Source of the DNA: an uncultured Spirochaetota bacterium | Lineage (GTDB): Bacteria; Spirochaetota; Spirochaetia; SZUA-6; Fen-1364 | DNA length: 64,000 nucleotides | Assembly: GCA_963781885.1 (NCBI GenBank) | Contig: CAWAHW010000004.1 | Coordinates: 98,139-162,138 of the forward strand | Reading direction: 5' to 3' | Part shown: piece after piece, positions 41,549-56,547 of the stretch | Position numbering within the stretch: position 1 is the stretch's first letter | Layout: the number at the start of each line of letters is the position of its first letter | Position numbers and translations under genes: made by a program | The notes under the pieces: generated by a model | Database searches by the model: none | The model's input: only the letters and a program-made list of their open reading frames with translations | What the model was told of the DNA's origin: nothing

Positions 41549-42409
41549 ATGAGAAAACGATCAGTGTTGCTCGTGATAGCAACGGCGTCGGTCGCGTTAC
41601 TTCTGGCATCCTGTTCGGCTCCGGTCATATCGGTCAGTGACGCGGAACTTTCCTACGACAGTAATGGGCACATGACAAGCGATGTCACGTACACGTATTA
41701 CGACGGAAGCGGCATCGAGACCGATACATTCTCCGCCGCTGGTACGTACGAATATGTCTGGAAAACCTGGGATGCTCCGAGCTCGTCATGGCGGCAAAGC
41801 GATGGCGCCCAGGCCACCTACTCGTATGACACGAGCACGCGGTTGATGACGTTCAACTATACACAGTTTTGGAATGGGGGAGTCGGCGGCAGTTATGTCA
41901 CGCCCACCAGTACTTGGAGCTCCACAAAGACCGAAACATATCCCATGATCCTCGGCTCGAGCAACTGCTATTGGCAAGTTTTGACTGGAAAAGACGGGAA
42001 TTATGAAAGTACCGATAATTCGACCGCATGGAACGGATTGAAGTACACAAATACCATGAGTGCAACCATCGCTTCCGATCTTTCGACGGTCACCACTGCC
42101 AGCGAATGGGAAGCCTATAGTACAAGCGGCGTGGCGACAAATGGCAGCAAGAGCAGCGACGTCATGACGAAGGACCAGATCTTCCCGAGCACCGTCAAAA
42201 CCCTCGACGATGCCAAAGGAAAGGTCATTACTTTTACGTGGTTGACCGATGTCAGTACGCCCTATACCTGGAATTCGGGAACCAACTTCAGCCAGGGCGT
42301 TCCCACGACCAACCATAACGCCGGCAGCCAGACACTCAGCTCCGCCAGTGATGGCTCCTGGGTGGCATGGGTTAGCTACTCCCAGGCCAGACACCTCACC
42401 GTCAGGTAG
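41549..42409 (+). CDS. Ser/Thr-rich hypothetical lipoprotein
   Basis: Lipobox LLASC; upstream TTGATC-N17-TATGAT; lower GC than host genes. Confidence 0.75.
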   Translation: MRKRSVLLVIATASVALLLASCSAPVISVSDAELSYDSNGHMTSDVTYTYYDGSGIETDTFSAAGTYEYVWKTWDAPSSSWRQSDGAQATYSYDTSTRLMTFNYTQFWNGGVGGSYVTPTSTWSSTKTETYPMILGSSNCYWQVLTGKDGNYESTDNSTAWNGLKYTNTMSATIASDLSTVTTASEWEAYSTSGVATNGSKSSDVMTKDQIFPSTVKTLDDAKGKVITFTWLTDVSTPYTWNSGTNFSQGVPTTNHNAGSQTLSSASDGSWVAWVSYSQARHLTVR

Positions 42410-42427
42410 CTTTTTCGCGGCAAATCC

Positions 42428-42459
42428 AAAAACGGACCGGCGCAACCCGGTCCGTTTTC
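42428..42459. terminator. Bidirectional intrinsic terminator between convergent lipoprotein genes
   Basis: AAAAACGGACCGG-loop-CCGGTCCGTTTT. Confidence 0.65.
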
Positions 42460-42606
42460 CATTGGCGGGCAAATCGGCTGCCATACGGCTTCTGCTCGCC
42501 GCGGTCCGGGTGCCATTGACTGCGCCGTTGCCGCTGGAAGCGAACTTCTCCACGCATTCGGTTGCCGAATTCCGCGGGTGGGATTCCTAGTGGAGACGCC
42601 GTCCCA

Positions 42607-44315
42607 TTACGGCGCGATAAACTGGTACCCGCCCATTGACCAAGACCCGGAGTTCCGCGTGACTCCATCCAGATCGTCGGCGAATCCCCAGTTTTGCGCA
42701 ACGCCGTCAAGGCCTTGCTGTCGAGCTTCGACGGGCGCGTTGATCTTGTTGAGGTGCCAGTCCTGGCTCGTAGGGTCGGTGAACATGTCGGTCAGCAGGG
42801 CGCCCGAGGTAACATTTCCGCTCGCACCTGAAAAGCCGTTCATGTCTATTGGGGTATAGACGGAACCACTCACGCTCGCAAAGGGCGCATTGGGCATTGG
42901 AACACGTAGTTGTTCTTGAAAGAAGCAGGCAAAGAATCGGACGTTGCGGTAACACCATATTTCCGTTGCTGCCCCGTAGCAAGTGAGAAAATTAGGTTGT
43001 TTTCAATCGTCGCACTTGCGCCGTTGAGATTTGTGATGCCCTCATCCCCATCGGTTGATGCGCCAAATAAAATTGACCCCGCGCAAATCGTGTTATTTCG
43101 CAGTGTTGGAGATGATCCATCGACAAGGACTCCCGCGGTGCCCGGACCTTGGTCTGTCAGGCCTCCGTGAATAATGTTGTTGTAAATATAGGCCTGACAT
43201 CCAGACTCCATACTGATACCCATGCTGCTTGAATATGCATCGCCTCCATAGATCGTGTTGTACGCGACCGTCGCAGCGCTCCCGATATCGTAGATGCCGA
43301 CGGAATAGTCGTAGGTTCCGCTGGTCCCGCCGCTTATCTTGTTGTGCATAATGCTTGGATGGGCGCCATTGCACAGTATTGCAACGGTATTGCCGTTTTT
43401 TCCTCCCGAGATGGCGTTGCGCTGGACGGTAATTGAGGATAAATTCAAAGTCAGCCCATAGGAATTGTCCCCGCCTCCCCCATCGATGGAATTGCTCTGG
43501 AGCGTCACCCCTGTGCAGTTGGCGCAGTAGATCCCTGTCGTGTTGTTTCCACTGAAATCGCCCTTTATTGAAAAGCCATCGATCGTGAGAGGGCGAGAAG
43601 TGTTGTCCAGCAATATCGTTTCGACATTCGGTGAAACCTGGATCACGGTCGGATACAACGAAGACCCATTTATCGCCCAGTCCGGGTCCTCCCTCTTCGT
43701 CCAATCCGTCGCGTCGTATCCTCCGTACAACGATATTCCGTCTTTCAAGATGATGACGCTCGATGGCTGATATGTTCCCGCAGCAACATGAACTGCCGCG
43801 CTGGAATAGACGGCACCGGCAGTGTCTATCGCCTTTTGAATCGTTTTCTTCGGGAGGTCAATCGTCCCCGGATTGTCGTCATTTCCGTTCGTGCCATGAA
43901 CATAGACAACGCCATCCAGCACTCCGTACGTCAGCGCAACCTGCTTGACCGCATAGCCTTCCCCATTTGCGCAATCGACCGTCAGTGTCTTTCCGCTTCC
44001 TGTCGACCATGACGTCTTCGGGCGGAAAGTCAAAGTGTCATTTGGCAGCGTCGTCACGGACCAGGTCCCGCCGTCGCTTTCGGGTGCCATCGATCCGCCG
44101 ACCGCGAGTGTCGACGTGTCGATGGTCGCGGAAAAGGAGACCACGATGGGGGTCGTCGGCGCGACGCCCGAGCCGGAGGGGAATGAGAGCACGGTCTTCG
44201 GCGTCTGATAATCCTTCACCGCCAGCTCGAGGGTTGTCCGCAACGGCAGCGGGCAGCCGGCAAAAAAGGGCAGAATCGCCACCGCGAGAAGCGCTTTTCC
44301 GACACGCCTGTCCAT
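42607..44315 (-). CDS. Lipoprotein: Ig-like domain + DUF1565/parallel beta-helix + choice-of-anchor-Q-like C-terminus (frameshift near 42900)
   Basis: Lipobox FFAGC; YV..NGNDDNPGT..PKKTIQKAI; Gly/Asn-rich helix repeats; DLDGVTR...MGGYQF. Confidence 0.75.
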
Positions 44316-44329
44316 GTGTATGCCGGCGA

Positions 44330-44406
44330 TTATGCTCCCGGAATCGCCACTTGTCAATTTCCGGTGGAGAGCAATTTCTTGACACGGGTTGCGCCTGTGC
44401 TACTAT
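44330..44406. promoter_or_regulatory. Back-to-back sigma70 promoters for the lipoprotein and TGase-TPR genes
   Basis: + strand TTGACA(44379)-N16-TACTAT; - strand TTGACA(44357-44352)-N18-CATAAT. Confidence 0.6.
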
Positions 44407-44440
44407 TGGAGCAAATGAGTCAATTGACGTGAGGCGGGGC

Positions 44441-46540
44441 ATGGTCCGTCCAACGGTTCCGCTGGCGCTTCTTTTTTGCGTCACATTTGCCGCGTCGGCG
44501 CAGTCCGCGCAGGGACCGTCAACGGGGAAGCCGTCAGGCGAGCTGCCGTCTCTTGCCCTCATGCCGGGCATCGAGCTTCCCCTGGAAGTGGGAAAACAAC
44601 TCTTCGAGCCGCTGGGCGGCATGGGCGGCATTTCCGTGGCTGTGCCGTTTGGTCGTCTGCCTTTCCTCTCGGTCCTGACGGACGTGGGATACAGCTACGC
44701 ACCCGTGCGTGCCCAAGCCTCGATGTCGATGATATCGGTGGCCCTGGGGGCCGGGCTGAATTACGACCTGACTCCGCAGCTCATTCTCCAGGCACGCGTG
44801 GGTGCGGGAGGGTTCTTTGGCCTTTTCAATTCAACGATAAGGGATCCAACGGGTGTTCCCTATGACCCGCAATCGGGGTTCGACCCCTTCGTCCAGGCAG
44901 GGGTGGGCATATCTTTCTACCTCACGCCCGTTTTCAGCGTCGACCTGAGCGGCACGTATTACCAGTACATCGGACTTTCGCAGGGGATCAGGGTCCAGGC
45001 GGGAAGCTCCCTGCATTTCAGCGGTCTCAGCAGAAAGCTGGATCTTCTTGACCCGCGCATGCAGCGAGTCTTCCCCTCACTCCTGCAGTATTACCAATCC
45101 GTTCCCATCGGGACGGCGACGATACGCAACGGCGAACGATTCCCTCTGAAAAACGTGCAGGTGTCGTATTTCGTCAAGGGACTCATGGACGGTCCCCGGG
45201 TCTGTGCGACCATTCCGCAGATGAAGCCGGGCGAATCCCGCTCCGTGGACCTCCGTGCGCTTTTCTCCGACCGGATCCTGGACGTGCGGGAGGACGGTCA
45301 CGTCGCCGCGACCATCACGATTGACTACCTGCTCAACGGCGGCAAGCAACGGAAAATCGTGGCGGAAAGCCTGAGCGTCCTCAACCGAAACGCCTCGACG
45401 TGGGACGACAACCGAAAGGCCGCGAGCTTCGTGTGTGCCAAGGACCCCGACGTGCTGCGCTTCGGCAAGGCTGTTGCCGAGACGGTGCGCGCGGCGGGGC
45501 CGGACAGCATCGACCTTCCCCTGCGCGAGGGAATGGGTATATTCGAGGCGCTCTCCCAGTACGGCGTCGGCTACGTCGTGGACCCGAACACGCCCGCCTA
45601 CGAGTCGGCATCGAAGGATCCGCTCGTTGTCGATTTCCTCCAGTTTCCCAACCAGACCCTCAAGTTCAAAGGTGGGGATTGCGACGACCTTTCCATTCTT
45701 TACACATCCCTCCTGGAAGCTGTTGGAGTTGAAACGGCGTTCATCACGGTGCCGGGACACATCTATGCGGCTTTCGCTCTGGAAATGACGGCCGCGGATG
45801 CGATGAAGTCGTTCGCGAATGACAAAGAGGTGTTGATTCAAAATGGGAAGGCGTGGGTGCCGGTAGAGATCACAATGGTCGGCAAATCGTTCCAGGAGGC
45901 GTGGCAAGCGGGAGCCCAAGAATGGAATACGAACAAGGACACGGCAGGATTTTATCCCGTGCACGATGCGTGGAAGGTATATGCGACCGCGGGGACGCCA
46001 ACGGGCATCGGTGAAATCCAGGACCTCGATCGGACGGCATTTGCACCCCGGGTCGGCGGTGAGATCGCCCGATTCGTGGATCGCGAGCTCGCCCCGCAGG
46101 TGGACCGCCTCCGCCTGGCAATGGGGGATTCGTATGACAGCAAGCTCCTCAACAGGCTCGGCATCTTGTACGCCCGGTATGGAAGAATGGATGACGCGGA
46201 GGCGACATTCCAGAAAGTCCTCATGAAAGAGCCCTATGTTCCCGCGCTCATCAATATGGGCAATCTCGCCCTGCTGAAGGGCGACTTTGAAGGAGCCGCC
46301 ACCTTTTTCCAGACGGCGCTGTCGAAGGCGGCGGATAATGCCCCCGCGCTGGCAGGCATCACACGGGCAAGCTACGGCGAGGGTAAGCTTGCGCTTGCGA
46401 ACCAGTACCTCGCATCGCTCAAGGCACAGGATCCCGCCTCGGCGGACAAGCTCGCCTTCATGGGCACGGGAGACCAGACGGCAAGGGCCGCCTCCTTCAC
46501 AGACGCCCTCCGCAACGTCGAGTGGACGGAGAGTCAGTGA
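44441..46540 (+). CDS. Exported protein: putative OM beta-barrel + Ig-like + transglutaminase-like + TPR (paralogue 2)
   Basis: Signal peptide from ATG 44441; WDDNRKAA; GDCDDLSILYTSLL..VG....VPGH; WVPVEIT; TPRs; collinear with 38734-40860. Confidence 0.7.
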   Translation: MVRPTVPLALLFCVTFAASAQSAQGPSTGKPSGELPSLALMPGIELPLEVGKQLFEPLGGMGGISVAVPFGRLPFLSVLTDVGYSYAPVRAQASMSMISVALGAGLNYDLTPQLILQARVGAGGFFGLFNSTIRDPTGVPYDPQSGFDPFVQAGVGISFYLTPVFSVDLSGTYYQYIGLSQGIRVQAGSSLHFSGLSRKLDLLDPRMQRVFPSLLQYYQSVPIGTATIRNGERFPLKNVQVSYFVKGLMDGPRVCATIPQMKPGESRSVDLRALFSDRILDVREDGHVAATITIDYLLNGGKQRKIVAESLSVLNRNASTWDDNRKAASFVCAKDPDVLRFGKAVAETVRAAGPDSIDLPLREGMGIFEALSQYGVGYVVDPNTPAYESASKDPLVVDFLQFPNQTLKFKGGDCDDLSILYTSLLEAVGVETAFITVPGHIYAAFALEMTAADAMKSFANDKEVLIQNGKAWVPVEITMVGKSFQEAWQAGAQEWNTNKDTAGFYPVHDAWKVYATAGTPTGIGEIQDLDRTAFAPRVGGEIARFVDRELAPQVDRLRLAMGDSYDSKLLNRLGILYARYGRMDDAEATFQKVLMKEPYVPALINMGNLALLKGDFEGAATFFQTALSKAADNAPALAGITRASYGEGKLALANQYLASLKAQDPASADKLAFMGTGDQTARAASFTDALRNVEWTESQ

Positions 46541-46697
46541 GGTCGGTGCTCCCGGGGGCTCCAACCACGGATTCTCTAGCAATTCGGCGCGCGCGGGATC
46601 CGGCGGCGGCGCTTTCCTGGAGGCAGGAGCGAAACTCTCATGGCATTTCCTGGCGCATTTCGGGGTGAGTGCGAGCCTGGTCCGGATCTGCGCTTAC

Positions 46698-46723
46698 GGG
46701 CATAAAAAAAGCCTGGCAACGAC
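46698..46723 (-). repeat. 5S rRNA 3'-terminal 13 nt plus A-tract flank, truncated by IS66
   Basis: GGGCATAAAAAAAGCCTGGCAACGAC identical to 41000-41025. Confidence 0.85.
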
Positions 46724-46808
46724 GTAACCGTCAAAACAACCACACCTTGTAAAGAGGCCTTGAGGAATCAATCCTGAGCCCACGATTTGAGCGCTCAGGA
46801 GGTGATGC

Positions 46809-47150
46809 ATGGATCAAGTCCCCGCGAAAATGAAACAGCGGCATCGCTCGGCTGCGGAGTGGCGCGAGCTGATAAGCGCTTGGAAGCAAAGCGGCAAGAC
46901 GCGCGAGATGTGGTGCCACGAGAACGGCGTGGGCATGGAATCCCTACGTCGATGGACGAAGCGACTTCGAAGAGCAGACGCAGCCGTAGCCTTCGTCCAG
47001 ATTGAGAAGTCCATTTCTGTTTCAACGAAGTCCGTCCCGATACACCTTCGCATCTTGGCAAGCGGCGATGTGGAGCTTCAGGGGGAGTTCAGCGAGGAGC
47101 TTCTTCGCGGAGTGTTACGTGTCGCACGGGAAGCGGCTGATGTTTCTTGA
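46809..47150 (+). CDS. tnpA: IS66 TnpA accessory protein
   Basis: W...I.AWKQSG.T...WC..NGV...LRRW pattern. Confidence 0.8.
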   Translation: MDQVPAKMKQRHRSAAEWRELISAWKQSGKTREMWCHENGVGMESLRRWTKRLRRADAAVAFVQIEKSISVSTKSVPIHLRILASGDVELQGEFSEELLRGVLRVAREAADVS

Positions 47151-47487
47151 GTGGGATCGGGTGAAGGTGTTTGTGCGCCCCGGTGGCACAGACCTGAGGA
47201 AACAGATCAACGGTCTGGCAGCGATGGCGCAAAGTGCGATGGCCGGGGATCCACTGTCCGGGAACCTATTTCTGTTCAGCAATAAGGACCGGCATCTACT
47301 GAAGGCGCTGTACTGGGATCATAGCGGTTTTTGCCTGTGGCAGAAGCGCCTGGAGCGGGAGAAGTTTCCCTGGCCGCACACACAGGAGGCGGCACGCGAA
47401 ATCAGCGTTGAGCAGCTTCGCATGCTGTTGAGCGGGATCGACTTCTGGAACGCGCATCAGAAGCTGAGCTATCGAAGCGTCATATAG
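47140..47487 (+). CDS. tnpB: IS66 TnpB accessory protein
   Basis: TDLRKQINGL, LFLF, LKALYWD.SGFCLWQKRLE. Confidence 0.92.
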   Translation: MFLEWDRVKVFVRPGGTDLRKQINGLAAMAQSAMAGDPLSGNLFLFSNKDRHLLKALYWDHSGFCLWQKRLEREKFPWPHTQEAAREISVEQLRMLLSGIDFWNAHQKLSYRSVI

Positions 47488-47526
47488 GACTACCGGGGAT
47501 CCCGGCTCTCATGATAAAGTGCCCGG

Positions 47527-49134
47527 GTGAGCGACAAACTGGGAGCGCTACCGGACGGTGTGAAGGAGTTGCACGATCGTATTCGTCAGCTTGAGGCCAG
47601 CCTGGAGAAGGAACGTGCCGAGAAGATTGAATACCAGCACGAAGCTCTGAAGCATTTCGAGGAGATCCAGCTTCTGCGGCGACGGATATTCGGTCGCAGA
47701 GCGGAGAAGCTCAGCGAGGAAGACCGGCGTCAACTTCTGCTGTTCAACGAGGCTGAGGAAATTCTGGCGCAAGGCAGCGGGCAGCCTGAGGAGCAAACCG
47801 TCGAGGTTCGTGCTCATAGCCGACGAAAGAGCGGGCGCAAACCCCTGCCGCCCGAGATTCCCCGAGTCGAGACAATTCACGACATCAGCGAAGAAGAGAA
47901 GCAATGCGCCTGCGGGCAACAGATGGGCCGCATCGGGGAGGAGATCTGCGAAAAGCTTGAAGTGATCCCTGCCCGCATTCGGGTGCGCCGTCACGTGCGG
48001 CCCAAGTATGCCTGCCATGCCTGCGAAGGCTCGGGAGACGAGAGTCGAGCAGCAGTTCGTATTGCTCCTGCTCCCGTACAGCTTCTGCCCAAAAGCATCG
48101 CCTCTCCCGCCCTTGTGGCTTACATCATGGTGGGCAAGTTCTGTGATTCCTTGCCGTTCTACCGCCAGGAGAAGCAGTTTGCGCGCATCGGAGTGGAGGT
48201 CAGCCGTCAGGACATGGCCAACTGGAGCATTGCGGTGTTTCAGAGGCTTCGGCCGCTTCGGGAGTTGATGCGTAGCCAGATCCGTCGAGGCCCTCTGGTG
48301 CAGATCGATGAGACGACGGTGCAGGTCATGGGGGAGCCCGGGCGGCCCAACACCTCAAAGAGCTTTATGTGGGTATTCCTGGGAGGAAGCCCCGGTCAGC
48401 CTGTCGTAGAGTATCAGTACCATCCTACCCGCTCGGGCAAGATTCCTTTCGACGCTCTACGAGGGTATGAAGGCTTCATCCAAACAGACGGCTACGATGG
48501 TTATCAAGAGCTGGGAAGCCAACCGGGGATCGTGCATGTCGGATGCTGGGCACATACCCGGAGAAAGTTCTTCGAGGCCAAGGAAGTCTCCAAGACCAAA
48601 GGCAGCGCCGATGTCGCCTTGGCCAGCATCAATGAGCTTTTCAAGATCGAACGGACGCTCAGAGACGAGGATCTTGCTCCCAATCAGTTCACACAACGCC
48701 GTCGCGAGCAGACTGAACCTGTACTTGAGAAGCTGCGCGTATGGCTGGAGGAGCGCGAGGGTCAGGTCCCTCCGTCCACGACGCTGGGCAAGGCGATCGG
48801 CTACACCGTCGGGCAGTGGCCCAAGCTCATCCGTTACCTGGACAGCCCGCTGTTGGCTCCCGACAACAATGCCTGCGAGAGGGCCATTCGGCCCTTTGTG
48901 ATCGGACGCAAGAACTGGATGCTGTCAGGAAGCCCCGCAGGAGCGGAAGCCAGCGCGGCATGGTACAGCCTCATCGAAACCGCGAAGAGCAACGGCGTTG
49001 AGCCCTATCTGTACTTGTGTTACATCCTCGCCAGATTGCCCGACAGCAACAACCCTGCAGACTTTCAATTCCTTCTGCCCTGGAATATTTCAAAAGAATC
49101 CTTGCTCGATTTCCAGTCGGGACGTCTGGCCTGA
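47527..49134 (+). CDS. tnpC: IS66 DDE transposase TnpC
   Basis: Leucine-zipper, CACG/CHAC zinc finger, QIDETT, QTDGY, GCWAHTRRKF, DNNACERAIRP. Confidence 0.95.
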   Translation: MSDKLGALPDGVKELHDRIRQLEASLEKERAEKIEYQHEALKHFEEIQLLRRRIFGRRAEKLSEEDRRQLLLFNEAEEILAQGSGQPEEQTVEVRAHSRRKSGRKPLPPEIPRVETIHDISEEEKQCACGQQMGRIGEEICEKLEVIPARIRVRRHVRPKYACHACEGSGDESRAAVRIAPAPVQLLPKSIASPALVAYIMVGKFCDSLPFYRQEKQFARIGVEVSRQDMANWSIAVFQRLRPLRELMRSQIRRGPLVQIDETTVQVMGEPGRPNTSKSFMWVFLGGSPGQPVVEYQYHPTRSGKIPFDALRGYEGFIQTDGYDGYQELGSQPGIVHVGCWAHTRRKFFEAKEVSKTKGSADVALASINELFKIERTLRDEDLAPNQFTQRRREQTEPVLEKLRVWLEEREGQVPPSTTLGKAIGYTVGQWPKLIRYLDSPLLAPDNNACERAIRPFVIGRKNWMLSGSPAGAEASAAWYSLIETAKSNGVEPYLYLCYILARLPDSNNPADFQFLLPWNISKESLLDFQSGRLA

Positions 49135-49359
49135 GTTCATTACCGCAAGACGCCTCGCGGCTACGCACACAGGGGTGTGGTTGTTTTGACGGTTACCCCG
49201 CTTGAGCCGGGCGGTAGGTGCGGTTTAATTAGCGGTTACATTTAACCTTCAACGAGCATCAGCAGAAAGAGAGAAAGAGAAGCTTTTCTTGCCGTCATGA
49301 ATGGTACCCATCATGCCCTGGGGCCGCATCATGCGCAAGCACGTGGCCAAATAAAAAAA

Positions 49360-49474
<115 letters not shown>

Positions 49475-49664
49475 AATATAGACACGAGGGAATGAGCCAC
49501 AGCGTCATGCGACCGCCGCGACCCAGGGGGAAGAAGTGAACGAATCAGAGCGATGTCTGCGGCAATGCGCTCTCGCCGTCCTGCGCGCCCTCTCGGGTCG
49601 CTGGGCCAGCTGCCGCGCCTCGCCGTTCCACGCTACCGCTGGGCGGTAGTGTGGGGGAAAATAT

Positions 49665-52663
<2,999 letters not shown>

Positions 52664-53009
52664 ATATTTTCCCTTTCAACCGCGGGTGCCACGCTCAGGA
52701 CTGTCACGGGGTAATCCGTGACATTCATGCCCCACGGTCGCTCGCGCTCCGTCCTTCCGGTGCCAATGGACAGACGTCTGCGCTTCCTTCACTTCACACC
52801 GCCCTCAACGCTCCTCGCTATTCGCGCCCAGCGCTTCCTGCGGCTTCCCCTTCCCTCGAGTTGTCAAAGACCATCACCGCCACGGTATTCCGTGACATTC
52901 GCGGCCACGGTGGCCACCGCATTCGGTGACATTCGGTATTCCGTGGCATTTGCGGCCACCGTTTTCGGCGGCATTTCTATTGTTCGGTCGCGGCGACACG
53001 CGCCGCTCG

Positions 53010-53083
<74 letters not shown>

Positions 53084-53312
53084 AGGCGATGAACACCATC
53101 GCACCGCGGTGGCTGGCACGGCTGCCCGCGCCCGTTCCGCGGATTGGCACCACGGCGGTTTCCCGGCGTGATATATACAGAAAGGGAGAGGAGTTGGAGA
53201 GAGAGCGAGCTATCTGCACCTCACTCTCGCCGTCCTTCGCGCCCCCTTCGGGGTCGCTGGGCCGGCTGCCGCTCGGTGCAGTTTGTCGTGCGCCGAAGCG
53301 CACGACAGTTCT

Positions 53313-54866
<1,554 letters not shown>

Positions 54867-55157
54867 AGAACCTGACCTTGCGGCCAGGTTTTATACTTCG
54901 TTACCGCGCCTCCACAGCCTCGCTGACTTTGCGACTGCTTACGGCGCGTTTCGCCTTCCCACGGTTACCCATGGGCCGACGGACCCGCTCTTCTCTTTCT
55001 CCCCTTCCCTTTGCTGTCAAGGATCATTCCCTCTAAGGTTCACCCCAGAGGTCGCTCAAAAGGCCCTCGCGAACCCTTCATGCATTTTGCCCCAGAGACG
55101 GCACTTTCCCCCTCCTGATGAGGCCAGAGTCAAGTGCATCACTTGAGGCAAGGCCGG

Positions 55158-55186
55158 TTTATATACTCATTCACGGGATGTGTCAA
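55158..55186 (-). promoter_or_regulatory. rrn sigma70 promoter
   Basis: TTGACA-N17-TATAAA on the minus strand ~290 nt upstream of 16S. Confidence 0.75.
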
Positions 55187-55242
55187 GCGCGGCATGAGAA
55201 AAAAGATTCAAAAAGCGCAAAAGATCCGGCTCCTGAGAATCC

Positions 55243-55271
55243 TTGACGCCATACCGGCACCCCGGTACTAT
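55243..55271 (+). promoter_or_regulatory. ahcY-adk operon promoter
   Basis: TTGACG-N17-TACTAT. Confidence 0.65.
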
Positions 55272-55289
55272 GAGCGGCAAGGAGAGAAA

Positions 55290-56547
55290 ATGGAGAAGAG
55301 CAAGATCAAGGATCCCAGCCTCGCCGCAGCGGGCAAGCTCAGGATCGAATGGGCCGAATCACGCATGCCGGTTCTCATGGCGCTTCGCGAAAAGCACGGT
55401 AAAAGCAAGAGCCTGAAAGGCATGAAGGTGGCCGGCTGTCTCCACGTGACGAAGGAAACGGCTGTCTTGGTAAAGACACTCGTAGTCGCCGGGGCCGATG
55501 TTTCCTGGTCGGGATGCAACCCGCTTTCCACGCAGGACGATGTGGCGGCGGCGCTCGCCGCGGAGGGAACGTCGATCTATGCCTGGCACGGCCAGACCCG
55601 GGAGGAGTTTTACTGGGCGATCGACAAGACACTTGAGTTCGCTCCGACCCTGACGCTTGACGACGGGGCGGACCTGATATTCCGCGTGCACAGCGCGCGC
55701 ACCGACCTTGCAAAAGGGATACTCGGAGGAACCGAGGAAACGACAACGGGCGTTCATCGCCTCCGCGCAATGGGGGAGGCAGGCAAGCTCCTGTACCCGG
55801 TCATCGCGGTGAACGATGCCGAAACGAAATGGGATTTCGACAATGTCTATGGCACGGGCCAGTCTTCGATAGATGGAATCCTGCGCGCGACCTCCATCCT
55901 CCTCGGCGGCAAGGTGATGGTCGTTGCGGGCTACGGCCACTGCGGCCGCGGCGTTGGCAATGCGCGCGCGGGGCATGGGCGCGCGGGTCGTCGTCACGGA
56001 AGTGGACCCGATCTTCGCGCTGCGCGCGACAATGGATGGATTCGACACGATGCCGATGGATGAGGCAGCGTCGATTGGCGACGTTTTCATCACGGCCACG
56101 GGGGTCAAGGACGTCGTCGTGAAACGGCACTTCGAGCGCATGAAGGATGGGGCCGTGGTGTGCAACACGGGGCACTACGATTGCGAGATCCGCATTCCCG
56201 ACCTCGCGGCGCTGGCGAAGTCCGTGCGCGAGGTGAGAGCGAACAACGAGGAATACCAGATGAAGGACGGCCGCAGGATCTACCTGCTCGCAAAAGGCCG
56301 GCTGGTGAACCTCGCGGCGGCGGAAGGCCATCCCTCTGAGGTCATGGACATGTCGTTCGCCAACCAGTTCATGTCGCTCCTGAGGCTGGCGCGCGAAGGC
56401 AAGTCGATGGAGAAGCGCGTCTACACGATCGACAGAAGCCAGGACAAGGAGATTGCCACGGTGAAGCTTTCCACGATGGGGAAGAAGATCGACACGCTCA
56501 CTCCCGAGCAAGTGGCATATCTCACGGACTTCGCGAGCGGCACGTGA
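55290..56547 (+). CDS. ahcY: Adenosylhomocysteinase (frameshift near 55966)
   Basis: GCLHVTKET, CNPLSTQD, EETTTGV, FDNVYGTGQS, GYGHCG, GRLVNLAAAEGHPSEVMDMSFANQ. Confidence 0.95.

Larger units (their letters stand above)
46724..49196 (+). mobile_element. IS66-family insertion sequence (tnpA-tnpB-tnpC)
   Basis: Perfect 23-bp terminal IR GTAACCGTCAAAACAACCACACC; three canonical ORFs; no 8-bp TSD. Confidence 0.95.

Noticed and set aside
43967-44440. N-terminal extension of the 857-aa ORF
   Set aside because: It overlaps the divergent lipoprotein and promoters; the signal peptide begins at ATG 44441.
55960-55972. Programmed frameshift in ahcY
   Set aside because: No slippery heptamer; a single extra base explains it, consistent with window-wide indel errors.
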